Source: Eimeria praecox (Eukaryota). Taken from it: a stretch of DNA of 64,000 bases. Shown in pieces: positions 17,856-31,200 of the stretch (positions are counted from its first letter, which is position 1; every line of letters begins with the position of its first letter). The position numbers were made by a program, and so were the translations under genes. The stretch lies in the NCBI GenBank assembly GCA_963920595.1, contig OY986948.1:1116001-1180000 (forward strand). Reading direction: 5' to 3'. The notes below the pieces were generated by a model. The model was given only the letters and a program-made list of their open reading frames with translations. It was not told the DNA's origin and made no database searches.

Positions 17856-19716
17856 CAGCCTTTGAAGCCACGCCTTTTCTTTTTACAGCATTGTCACATT
17901 AAATGCAGCAGGTCGTGTCCAGTTTTGGCTGTGCAAATAACGCATTCGGGAGTTTTTAGTCCGTTTTTTGTTTGTCGAGTGTTTCGCTATAATCAACATC
18001 TCGTCTCTTGTTTTAATTTTAGCTAGTCAAGACAGCCCATCAGCACTGTAGTTTACTGTAGAGAAGTGGCAAGCGAAAGTGTCCAGCGTGCAGAGAAAAG
18101 CTCTACGCTCATTGGGAATAACGATACGGTCCACTCGAAAGCGATTTCGTTGCTGTTTTAGCAGCCCACAAAAAAACAAGCTACCATAGAAGGCTTCCCG
18201 TGACGGAGCGCAGCATGCTGCTGTGTCTGGAGTCGAAGCATGCATTTCTACTTGCGTGCAGGCCATTGAAGGCCCAGCAAGTTTTTAACAATTGTCTACA
18301 GTGTTATTGCATGCAGTAAGGAGGGCTTTGGTTGTGCTTGCACGAGGGGTTGCTGTGCAACACTACTTGCAGCCAATTGCGCTGCAACTCATGGCATGCC
18401 CGCTTGCTTCCTCACCATCCAAGGGACCGTAGGGGAGTTCAGCTGCTATTGAGGAACTCTCATATTTTTGCCCTGACCCCCCCCTTCCTGATCCACTGGA
18501 TCCCTGGGCAGAGCGGCCCAATGGCCGGGGACTGGTGCGGAAAGAGTAAGAGGGCTGTCATGAGCTGCAACACACCTCCATGCAACTCGTGTTGCAAGGC
18601 AGCATCAAATGCAGATGCATCCAAGCCGTCGTTTGATGTATGCACCAGCACTGTAAAGGACTGGGAAACGCGTGCTTGGTCCCCAGCACTCTAGCAAGGA
18701 TAGATGGACGCACGTTCAGGAATGAGGAGTGGGGGGGGGGAGGGGGCGTCACTTTCTTTCGGTTTTTTTTGAGCGCTGCCATATTGCTTTGGATTTGCAT
18801 ATTTGGTTTTAGAATAAGCTTGCAGTGCAGCCTTGGAGCTGAGAACGAAGCTAGTCAACGCATAAACCCGCGGCAACTCGTCTTTGGCCACGTCGGTCCT
18901 GCCTTAGGGAGGGTATTCCCTCATAACGGCAACAACCAGTGCAGTGCACAGTTGGTTACGTCCTCTACCATATATTTGTAATGCGTCGTCGGAACTACAG
19001 GATCCTTACAAATAGAAATGTTCTGCAACGAACACTGCGCGTGATTGCGTGACGCTCCACGGACTTAGAGTTGGGCCCAGGTTCAATTAAGTTGCAGAAA
19101 TCTCCGGAGCGATTTAAGCACTATTCCGTTAGCAACATCATGCACAATTGTGGTCATGCTTAATGTACTAGAGAAGATTCATACCTTCACTGAACAATCG
19201 GGAGGCGCTGCACACCCAGGGCACCACGCAAGTTGCTGGTCCGCTTAATCGTAATAATCGTGAAAAGCATGAAGATCTTTCTTTCTAAAGGTTTTAAATT
19301 CACCATACACTTAACATAACGAAGAAAAGAAACACGGCGTAAAAATCCAACTTACGCTTGTTAGCTCGTGGGGCCCGCATCTCGATTGCCAACTAACTGG
19401 ATCTCCTTTTGTGACCTGTGACCTCGATCAGACGTTAAGAACCATCAACTAGACTTCGTTAGACCCTTAAACCTCTTGTGGATTTTGTACTTTGGGGTTC
19501 ATATATAGCTCTTTTTAATGGTACTTTGACCAATTTCACCTCGGAAATGCATACTCTAGACAATTGGCCCAAATAGCCATGCGCCCGACAGAAGACAGAG
19601 AGACTTGGGAATGCGGGGAGCGGGGCTTTTCTTTTCATTGATTTGCTCCTTAATTTGTGTAGAGTTGATGTTTTCGCGTGTTATTCAGGGTTGTATGTAC
19701 GCAAGCCTCGCTGGCC

Positions 19717-22700
19717 ATGGAGAAGAATGCAGTGGCTCTCGTCAGCGGAGGAAAAGACAGCATATATGCTATGCACTGCGCGCGGCAATTGGGTTTCAAC
19801 ATCCGCGCAGTAGCTACACTGCTGCCGCGAGAAAATGCAGTGGAGACCGACAGCTACATGTATCAGTCTGTGGGAACAAGTTTGGGTGCGGCGGTGGCCG
19901 AGTGCTTGGGCGTACCGCATTACAGCGCCAACGTGAAAGGGCGGCCTATAAACACGGAAACACTCCAGTACACCTTTAGCGCCGACGACGAGCTTTATGA
20001 CCTTCAGCTTCTGTTAGAACGCGTGACAGTAGGACCAATTTCGCCGGCCCTTCAGCAATCTCTGCCCAGAAATCTGCGCCCGTGTTTGCCACCCACAGGG
20101 CGTTCCAGGTAAACATCTGACAGCCCTAAGCGCATGAGATGTATTGTGTGCACATGCGGTTGGGTTTTTTCAGAAGGACCACCCTGATATAGAAGCCTTG
20201 ACATGCGGCGCCATATTATCAGAGTATCAGCGCCGGCGCCTAGAGTACATGTGAGTTATGGGCTAAGATAAAGAGGTAGTATCTGCAGTTTCTTTGGCAT
20301 CGAAGTGCTGTATCCAAGGCGTGCAGAGATCATAATCACTGTGAGCCTCTCCCGTTTCCCCTTCTGTCTGCGTCGCAGCTGTGGGCTCGTCCACTTGTTG
20401 CCCGTCTGCTTGATGTGGAACCGCGAACAGAAGAGCCTGCTGAAGAATATGGTGGATTGGGGCCTACATGCTGTTGTTGTCAAAACTGCCTCAATGGGGC
20501 TGACAAAAAAGCACCTGGGCCGTCCAATTTCGGACCTGCTGCCTCATTTTCTCGAACTGAACCGCCAGTACGATTTCCATGTTTGCGGCGAAGGTACATC
20601 GTATTTCCCTTTTCCCTCCATCCCTCCACTTCTAAATAAGCGCAGGCCATTTCTAAAAAAATCAAGTTTAAATAATAGCAATGTTTGTTCCTCCCTCTTA
20701 TTGCCGCAGTCTAGCCACCGGAGGGGTCATTAGACTGGGTGGGCTTGTGCTTGGGGTTTATGGTGCATTGGATGCTGTCTGGTCTTCTGAATGTGGGTGA
20801 ACGGCGTTACAGGAGGCGAATATGAGACGGTGACGTTAGATTGCCCCCTGTTCACGAGAGGTTCGATTGATGTTTCCGACTGGCAACAAATCTGTCACAG
20901 TGATGACGCCCTAGCACCCGTCTGGTTGCAGTCACCAGTGCGGTGGAAGGTAGTTCCCAAGCACCCCACGGCCTCCCCGGATGGAGTTCGAGCCCATGCA
21001 ACGTTGCATGATCTTAGATGGCTTCGAACCAAGCCTTACGAGGATCTAATTGATGTGGCTGTCAAAGATTGGGGAGTAGACATGAGCAGTGGAGAGCCCG
21101 CTGCTACCCAGTCGCATTGTGGGAAGGGCGCTGACCTTGAAGCCGGTCCTGCAAGTGATAGTGCTTTCAACGAAGGCTGCGAATACACTCACCGCTTTCC
21201 AACCTCCTCCTTAGGATGCATCCTTACTGGGGATATATGTGCAACTTGTGAGGAAGGTGGGAAAGTACAAGGCAACACTTCGTCCCCAGCGAACCGAAAC
21301 TGGGTCAGGCACGTTACAGAGCTTACGCGAAGATGGCTACATGATCAACTGCAAAAAACCCTGAATAATGGGGTGCGTGCCCGTATCGTTGAAACAGTAT
21401 GTCAGGTCTGCTGCCCAGACATCATCGGGCTCCCTAATGATATTTTCAAGTCATTAGGCGTAGGGCCTGTCGCTCTGACTGTTGTTGTCGCTCCGTTGCC
21501 ACGCGGGGTTAATGTGCGACTGAGGATCGTACTGAGCTGCCCGGAAGGCCTTACCGTTTCTCCTGGTCTTTCCTTAAAGTCCGCCGATGATTCAGTGCTG
21601 CATGTGCACAGTGTGAACTTGTGGGTCCCTTCGTGCATTGACGGGGGTACTGAAGCGGTTCACCGGCTTGGCGTCTGCGCTTCATGCCAAGGCGTACGCT
21701 GCGAGCTGGCATCTGAGAGTTCTCTCACCGTGGCTTCATTGTTTCTTCGTGGTTGCGACGGTCGCTTGCCGTTCACGTGCGATTTCCCTGAGAAAGTTCA
21801 CTGCCCGTCTTTGCTTCCCGCCAGGTGGACACCTGAAGATTATCTAAGGCACGAGCTGGCATTTTGTACTGCCCTGCAGACTGTTAACGCATTCGTCAGT
21901 ATGCAGTACACGCGTCACCTGTGCTACACTGGCGGAGCGAATAGGGGGTTTCATCACGACGATTGTGAACATTTCATATATGAAACAGAACTGGGTGGAG
22001 CTGGTTCAACTAAAACGCAGTGCACAGACTCAGCATCACGTGTTTTGGAGAAGAATGACCCTCGTTTTGTGGCTCCGTGCATTGTGGTCTTTGTCAAGCT
22101 TGAAGGAAAGGAGGAGGCCAAAACCAAGTCTGAAACCAAGCTAAGGGCTGTAAAGCAGCTTATTCAATCTCTTATTGCCCGATCCAGCGCCGGCGGTGAC
22201 CGTTCCCTTTCGGCAGATGAGGAAGCCAGTCAAAGCATCCTCATCGTGGCGGAGACACCGAGTCTTCCTCGACAAGCAAGGGTGCTGATGCTTCCCATGT
22301 GGGACATATCGCCTCGGCTGGGAGATAGAGAGTGTTCGCAGACATGCTGTACAGGGCACCTGCGGCAGCAGGGAGAAAAATATACAGCGGCCGTTACAGT
22401 CGTGAAGCGTTCTCTAACGGCAGGGACATACAGGGGATCCACTGTAGGTGGCGGTGATGGCAGTGGCATTAATTCGGTGCTGGCGCACCTTTCATTCCAA
22501 CAACAAGGCAGTTACACTGGTGGCTGCACTTTGGAAGATTTAGTAGGGCAACTTTACGCAACGCTAACACGGTGGCTGGGGGACTATTCGTTACAAGAGG
22601 GCGTCGCTGCTTTGCGCTGCGAGGACAAGGAAGCTGCGACTGTGCAAGGATGCAAACGTGTTCTTGAATTGTATGTATTCTACTGTCCTTCCTATCTGTG

Positions 22701-22884
22701 CTCGCTCCAGACGGATTCGGAGTCGTTCGAGGCAAGTTGCCGGCAGCGCATTGAAGCAGGCTGCCGTGAGAGTGCGACCGCTTCTTCCGAGTTTTTGCCC
22801 ATCACTACGTTCTTCCCTGTGTTAAATCTAGCAGAGGGGCTTATGGAGATCGTTGCGCATAGCGTATATGCGTATCCCAAATAA
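19717..22884 (+). CDS. DPH6: Diphthine--ammonia ligase (diphthamide synthase) with a long C-terminal extension. Exons 19717-20028, 20174-20250, 20379-20593, 20813-22884
   Basis: PP-loop VALVSGGKDS, ETDSYMYQSVG, DELYDL, GAILSEYQRRRLEY, LMWNREQKSLLKNM, VVKTASMGL, HVCGEGGEYETVTLDCPLF. Confidence 0.93.
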
Positions 22885-23267
22885 AACTGCCGTATGCTTG
22901 CCAGAGCGTGTCACTCTAAGGCGCAGGCCAAAAGGCCTCGGCGGCTCTAGATGCCCCCTTGTTTCATCGAGTACGCGAGAGGAAACTCCTCTCCAACAAA
23001 ACGTTTTGGTTTAGTTAATCATTGGAATCCCTGGATTTATTAACAAGGGACTCACTGCTTGGTAGTAGCGACAAATTCGCCATCTAGCAAGCTTTGCAAA
23101 TCTACATTTGTTGCCAAGGCTGGGGAGAACCCAGAGGCATAGCTGGCCATAGCTTCAATACGTCATCTGCAATTCTAAAAAGCAATTCTCGAAAAATTTC
23201 CTCGACCTCTCCATCCACGTCGTGGTCAGCAATATGATTTATTAGCCTCCACACCTCCAATGTACCG

Positions 23268-26200
23268 TTATCTGAAAAAAGGAACCGAGCAGTAGGCAGG
23301 GTTGGTTGGTATTCGGCAAGTTTTAGGGGTGCTGAACCCCTGTAGTTTTGATCTATTCAAAACCAGCATGGCGAATATCGTACCTTTTGAGATGTGATGT
23401 CCCAGCTTTTGCAGGACCAGTTGGATGCCAGTGTCGAAGAGTTCACGGAACATGGGAACGTAGACCTGGAAACAAAACAAATTTTCTCAGATAGCGAAAT
23501 GCCCCGTCGAAGGGCTAATGGCATGGAGTAGTGTAGAAGCTCCATTTTATGGAGCAACAGACATTAACCGCGAGATGGAGGGGATGACGAGCACTTGAAT
23601 GCCACTGGTTCTCACCTTCAGTAGAACGTCAAACAGACGGTGTAAATACTTGATGAGGTCGTAAGGATTTGCCACTGCTATGTCCATGGCAGGCCTTTCT
23701 TTCTCCTCTCCGAGAAGCTGCAGCGGCACTAGGAAGTCACCTGTGGAGAGAGCAGCGATGCATCCAGATATATATATCCAGTTCAACACACCATTTGGCG
23801 GCATTTCGTGCAGGAAGGCTGCAAGGTAGAAGAAAGAGAGCATCAAAAGCAGATCAGGCATGCCGGGAGTCACAGCAAAGCAAGTATCCAAGCTGACCGT
23901 TCTCGGCAGGCAGAATGCCGTTCAACAGCTCGATTAAGAGGAGATACAAGTAAGAACCGAGGCCCTTCACAGGTGCCATCAGCACCTTGTATAGGCCAGA
24001 AGGGGCACTGCAAGAACACACCACAGCATAATTGAAATTTTCGAAGATTATGGCAACTTGTAAGAACTTCAGCGGGAGGTACACAACATTTTTTCTTGAT
24101 GAACGTCAGCCAGTAGCTGCGGCTGCAAAGAAGGACAAGGCGTGCTATGTTCACCTTGTGACAAACTTGATTTGAGACCATGTTCTGTACAAGTTGCTAG
24201 GGTCAAATACCGAAGAGCGAACGGTGTCTAGATTTCGTTTTATAAATACAAGAAGCGGAAGCCTTTGCCACCAATCCCGATCGAGCGGCTGTCCGGCCTC
24301 TATTGTACTAAGTAGCTGCTCTAGAACTGCCGTCTGCATGGTCAGGCTGTCAAGCCAAGGCTGCACCCCTGACAGCCAGACTGAGTTCTGCACCTGAAAA
24401 AATTAGACGCACTCAGCATTCTAGAACGGACTGCGAAGACGAACCCAATGGGAGTTGCACGAAGTGCGGTGAGAGGGAATGCTACGGTCTGTACCAAGTT
24501 GTCCCTGTGATAGTGCACACTACGCCTCGTCCCGGCGAGCAATTAGCGTTCTCGTACGACTGACAAGGGTGCTTAAGTGCGTGCCTTACCAGCTTGATGT
24601 TTGGCGCTGCATCAAGGCCAATGTAGCGAATAAATGCAGACCGAAGACCCGTATGCAATGCTCCAGTCGTTATTTGTGTCCAGAAGAAAAGGGAGACGTT
24701 TGCAAGGTGATCAGGAATTAGAGTGCCTGTAATTTTGCTCAAAAGGTGGAAGCCCGCAGTACTTACAGCACCGGCTCCAATGGCGAGGAATCGAGTGTAA
24801 ATGCGCTTGAGAGACCCCATATCCCTCATGGGCTTCACAGAACCAGGAGATTTGGGGGAAGCTGCGGCCTTGAGCAATTCCCCTTCTTCCGCTGAACAGC
24901 AATCGGAAAACGGACAGTCAAACACTTTGCAGGTCATATATTCCTCCAGCCTTCCGGCGATCCCCCAAAGTGCCGCTGCGAGAACGCCACGCGTCTATTT
25001 TTTGCTTGCCTGTGGGAGTGACTGCGGTATCAATTTTTTCGAGCGAGGCGGAAAGGGCGTCAAATGCAAAAAGGAATCGGGGTTTCTTCTTCCCGGGCCT
25101 CGAGATAGCCTGCGTAGCTTTCTTGACAAGACCTACAGCCTGATCTATAAGTGGGGTCAGTAAAGTCCCCAGGGTGTTTTCTAGTCGGCCAATGATTTCG
25201 AGGACTCCTTCAATGTTGATAACTTCAGCGGAAATGAGCTGGTCTACGTATTTCTGGGAAAGCTGGGAATATTGGTGACGGAGGCGTTCTTCTGTGTTTG
25301 CAGCACACAAGGAAAGCATTGATTGTTCGAGCTAAACTAACCTAGCAAGCAGAAACCCCCTAAGCAGCGCGGCCTGTTATTCACGAGGACGAATGGCTCC
25401 GTGAAAGCAAGGCCTACCAAGTTCTCTAACTTCACTTCCCTCTACTTCGAGTAGTGAAAGAACATCCAGAAGCACTTCTCCTCTCGGAACCCTTCCTGGC
25501 CTCTGAATTTGGTACAAGCGGGATATCTGGTCAGCCAAAAACTCCGAAAGCTTCCCGAAGACTCTCTCTTTACCTGAAATTTGCAAGTGGCATTGCATGC
25601 CCGCTTTACTGGCACCAAGTTTTGCGGGGGTATGAATAGTGCACCAAAGTATATGGGAGGCATTCTGTTGCTTACCGCTTTCACTACTGAATGACAAATC
25701 ACTAACATCCACGAGCTCTTGAAGGATCACTGGTTGCAGTGTGCTTTTGATTTGTTCAGCAGGGATCTTGTTCCCCAGTTCTTGTTTCATCAAGGAACCA
25801 ATTACCTCAGTGAGTTTTAGCATTATCTTATCTGTCCAAGTGGCATTCAGACCACTTTGAGGAAGAATTGAATCCCTGGACTGGAGGGTTTTCCGATACC
25901 CGTCCACTGAAAACACAAGTCAGCCGCATAGCCACATTTATGCGGCAGTGAGTGTAGCACTTAAAGCCTATATTCACGTAGTTGGGTTAAAGGATGACGC
26001 TGTGTACAGGACTAACAGGTATTTTGCTGTGTCGCGAAATCTTCCAGTAGGCGGGCGATCGTCGTCGTGTAGTCCTCCCACATTTTTAGTGCTTTCTCTG
26101 CAGACCAAACAAGCGGCATGACGATAGCAAGTCTCTGTCATGCTGGTCCCGTTTACATATACTGGCTTTGTGGGGAGACAGTTGCGTACCCTTTGAACTT

Positions 26201-28172
26201 GAAGAAAGTAATGTGGTGAGAGCTCCTGAAAGCACAGTCCGCATTTACAGACGCTCGAAAGTTAGTTTAATACGCTCTTTTTCTGTTTCGCATCGCTGCT
26301 CAAGGAGCTGCCTTGACAGCCCATGATAGAGCCATGCATCTGTCACGTTTCCTATGCGCAGGTTTCCCTTTTACGCACTTCTGGGAATAACGCTGTCCGC
26401 GATGAAACTCAGAAACTGATCCAAAGTGGGTCGAGTTTCCCTGGAGACTGAGCTTTGGAAGGCTCTCCGGTCCATCGCATCAGCTATCGAGGGCAGCGAC
26501 AAGGAAGCACCCGATGCTGGGACGTAGTCATTTATGGCCTTTTGCCCTAGCTCCCTCAAAGTATCGATCTTGATGGAGTTAACTGCAACACCAAAGCAAG
26601 CAAGAGCTTTCACGTTCTGCAGAAGGGTTCCAACCATCTCAATCCAGTGTATAATTCGTGTATAATTCGGCATAGGCTAAGAAGTTTCAGTGCGCTGAAA
26701 ATACTCAGCTTTAGGCTTACTGGCTGCTGAAAGATCTGGGCGCTGTGCTAAGTTATTGATCTCTGCAAAGAACCCTGTCAGTCCATGCTGGTGGATCCTG
26801 TGAAGCATTCGCCAGAGGCTTCGGCCTCTCCACATTGCCTCAAGAGCTGCAATGGTTGCATTTCCCCAGGCGAAAAGCATCTCCTTTTGGATATCTGCGC
26901 CCAAATAGGCACGCAAACCCCCGAATTGTCTGCCCCTTGTTCCCCCCTTTAGAGTAGCTATCTTGCATTGGCAATGAGGAAGAAGGAGCGCCATAGCTGT
27001 GGCTCACCTGTAGAAGCGCCTGAATTAATTTTGGTCTCGAGTTCTGCTTGCAAGTCTGCTGCAAGCTTTTGCACACTTTCCACTGTTTCGTAAAACGTTT
27101 CTTTGTTAACTCTGCGATCGAACGTGGTCTGTAGAGACTCTTTGTCAGAGGGAGAAAGTCTGTCATAACTCTCGAGTAAAGCCAATACCTTCTTAAATTG
27201 GATCCGACTTATCTGGGACCCTTCCGTCCTGTGGAATTCTCTCAAAACAAGGATCAAGCCCATGTGCAACTCCTTCTGCGGGTACGCTCTTCCAAGTTGC
27301 CCTGAAGAAAGCAGTGAACAAGTCGCATTTTACCCTATACTGAAAGCATAATCGCCGGACTCCATCGCTGCGCGGATTGCACAGTACCTCTACTCGTTTC
27401 TACCCGTTGCTGTGACGCTGAGATAACGACTGTTTTATTTCCTCAGTTCTGGTCAATGGCGTCTAACCTGGAGTCGTTCCAAGGACTTCATCATACAGAG
27501 GAGCTGGAATATGCAGCACATACACAGCACATTTGAGGCGCTCTTACAGCAGGCACTGGGCATTAAATGCCTTATGAAGTTACGTAAATATGCCTAATTA
27601 CCCCAAAGTGGTAGCAGGTCTTCAGTCGCCCATTCCATTTCGCCCGTAACGAAGTCTTTGAGCGCGTAGGTATTTCCGCAGGTTCCCATATATTCGTATA
27701 CCTCAATGCTAGATGACTTTCGAACAAGCTCGCCTCGTTGGAAGCCTGCGGTTTCACGGACAAAATTGTTTTCCTGCATTGAAGCTGCGCCTACCATCGC
27801 TAATACCGAACCCTGACTGGTTCCAAAATTTCATTGCGGTGGAAGCCACAAATATGTCATTTTTGGCCCTTGCTGATCCGTTCAGACACCTGAACCGTGT
27901 TGCATACCGTTCAGCCTGAAGAGGGGTTTACGGGAGAGAACCGTTTGACCAGAGTCCTTCCGGCGAAGCCTTGACACGCAGCCCACTGATCCAATAAGGG
28001 CGATATCGAGCAAATCGTAAGTCAAGTAACCTTCAAATGTCAGTACTGCATCTCCTATGGTGAGTTTATTAGCTGAGGAAGCAATAAGCGTAGTCAGGGT
28101 GAATATTCATAAATGCAGGTCCATTTGCCCTTTCGCTCAAATATACTTTGTGTGCTCCGCACGATAAAGGCA

Positions 28173-28250
<78 letters not shown>

Positions 28251-31200
28251 TCCACAGCTCAAAGAACCTTTGCTCCTTCAACAGCCAAGCATGCAACTCG
28301 AAGTTCAACGGTTACTCCAAATCACTGTGCATATGAAATTTCGATAGCCTACCGGCAAATAGTGGCTCCGTTGTAGCTTCAGGAGGCTCTGGCTGATCAG
28401 CGGTCACAGCAGGCCTCACAAATTTGATGCCAGGTTCAATTTTTTCAACCACTACAAGAACGCTGCCTCGCCAAGCTTTGTCGCCAACTTGCACAGGCGT
28501 ATCTGCAGAAAAAATGCGAGGAAGCTGATGATTTGAAAAGTGGCGTTAAATCTGTAGTACAAGGCTTTGACACATCGAGCCCCTGCAAGTGGCATCAGAT
28601 ACTCACTGTGGGAGAATGCCTTCGTAAGCTCTCGAATAAAGTAATTTCGTTGACTCTGGCATTCTGCAGTGCTGCCCATTTGGTTAAGGGCAGCATCTAC
28701 GTGTCTTGTTACGGTATAACGCCATTTCGATGGTGACGCTTGGTCAAGATCAGGCATGGCCTTTCTCCACACGTCTCGAAGCAGTGCTACACTGGCTAGA
28801 GACCCTGGACGACACTCTGAATGGACAAAAACCCACAAAACAAGACTGCAAACTCCAGTAAAATACTGATTCGTATGCTCCACCTGCTGTACTGAGATAA
28901 CTCGGCCTTCTGTGGCGTCAGCTCGCCTGTTGGCTCGTCGAATCTGTAAATTTCTCCTGAAATTGAGTCCTCCACATAGAGAATTCCTTCGGAGACGCTT
29001 ACGGATACAAGAGATCGGCTTGCTCTTTTCTGCGCGCCGGACCTCTCTAAGCGCTCAGAGATACTGCCGAACAAAGCGTCGCCGCTAGGCGTCACTAGAA
29101 CTGAATAAGGGGTTTGGCCGGACTGGAGCCGAAGGAAGCCCATAGGAACTGAGAGCAATATGAGCAGAAGGCATGTATTGAGCAGATATGCTTCTTCTGA
29201 AAAACATGAAAATATCTTTGACCAATGTGCAATACACTCACAATTCAAGACTCACCCGCGTAGGCGTCAAATCCCTCCACCGGAGGAGGCAGGAAGGATG
29301 CTACTTCAGCGAAGTTCACGTCTTCCAAAAACTGTTGCACTGCCTATACCGATCATCGCATCAGGAACACTACACCAAGTTCACATGCGCAGCGAATAAT
29401 ATTGCAGCATGCATCGGGTAGTCACTAAATACTAAATATAAGCCAGTCGTACCTGCTGAACAGTTTTTTCACCGGTTCCCAATCCGAGCTTCCTCAGTCC
29501 CAACCGGAGGCTTTTAAGTGTATCGCACTGCAGTTCGTACGTGGCTTGAGGATCACTTTGCAACACCACTGTTTGGCGCAGAAGAAATCCAAGGAGAGGC
29601 CATGTAGTCTCCTGATGCGAAACACAACGGTTTGTCGACAAAACCAACAACTCCAAAAACCGAAACAGTAACGGGAGATTGCAGAGCGCGTCATGCGAGT
29701 GCGTCGAGAATCGGCATCCACGTACCTTTAAGCTCTCTTCGGCCTTCCCTTCTTCCAGGACAAACTTGACAACCGAGTTAGCAAAAGATGTCCCTCTAGA
29801 GACAATTTGCATGAGAAATAGCCCCGTAAAAAGCAATATGGTCTTTTCTTGTCGGGAAGCGCTTCGGTCCTGTTGATTGCTATCTGGGAGTCGGGGCAGC
29901 AGAATGACAGCAAGCAAAATAAAGCTATGAGATGGGCCCCAACATTTCCTGGTTCTGCTCACGTAAAAGCTGCAGTCACAAATAGCAATGCTTGCAAGGA
30001 ATGCCCGAATCTTGACTTGCCGTTGTAACCAAAAGGAAGGTATCCCTGAATCAGCTGAATATGAGCCCCAGGCACTACCTCCTTCGCATGACGCGTAGGT
30101 TGGGGGGGCCTGAATGGACACTGCTGCTGCATCCTTAAATCAAGGAATTCTTCTTGCTGTCTGTGCTTGAAAGTCCCTTGCCAAACAGCAAACGGGCGGT
30201 ACAGTGCAGCAAACAAGTCATCGACTTCTTCATCAACCTCTCTAAACTCAACTGCCTGACGGCGGTACTCCTCTGAAGTGGCTGAAATGAATCCCGGAGA
30301 GAGCCGTGCATGGAGAGTTGCACTGAATCTTTTCCGAATCTCCTGGATCACGTCATCTACCTGAACAAGGCATATTGCATCATACCCACAGAAGCACAAC
30401 GGCCCCCTAGGAAGTGAAGTAATCGCTGTTCTCACCGCCCCTGTGGATATCATGAGGTGATTTGCTGCAGGGTTTATGCATACGCAGTGCTTGTTTCATA
30501 CCTACGAGCCCACCTGCACGTGAGAGGCGTCAATAAGAGACTTCATGTGCATGAACGCATTTGATGCGGCATCTCTTTGCCTGCATTCCTCGGAATCTGC
30601 TGGTACGTTGGGCTTTAGGAGGTCGGCCGCCTCGGGGAGATCATATGTGCACGGTACAGGGACGTCGTTGTCTTTGAGAAAATTGAGTAGCCTCTCCATG
30701 TTTTTCATGCGCATCCTCCCAGAAGTAACTGCTCTCCGTCTAACCAGAAGAGTAATGTCACTCATTATTGTGGCTAAAATCATGATAGCGGAAACCTTTG
30801 AACAAGGGGTTGTATTTTCTTGCTCGTACGGGAGGCGCATTCGAGAGAAGAGATTCCGGAAGCTTTTTTGAAATGTACAAATGCGATTTGTCCAGTATTC
30901 CCCTAGAGGAGTGCTAGAAAGTGTCTTGGTGAGAATAAACTGCTCATGCTGTGGGGTCATGGGCTCTTGTCCTGCTTCAGAAAATCGTTTTGCCATGGCC
31001 TTGAGTTCACTTGCCTTCAGCCACCAAGCCGCGCACTGGCTGCCACAGGTCCTGGCTCTGAAGTGTTGCTTAACTCCAGAAATTGCGGACTCTTCTCTTT
31101 CTTTACGAAGCACGTACGCTGCGTACGCCGTCATTGAGACTATCTGTTCTGTCTGCTTGGAAAACAATTGTCCAGGGCTAGTTAGAGCAACTTCGGCGCC

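Noticed and set aside
18250..19400. Possible gene or retroelement fragment between VPS4 and DPH6 (e.g. minus-strand DASAFDAALQ)
   Set aside because: Only one weak RNase H-like word, with no ordered motif series or convincing exon chain
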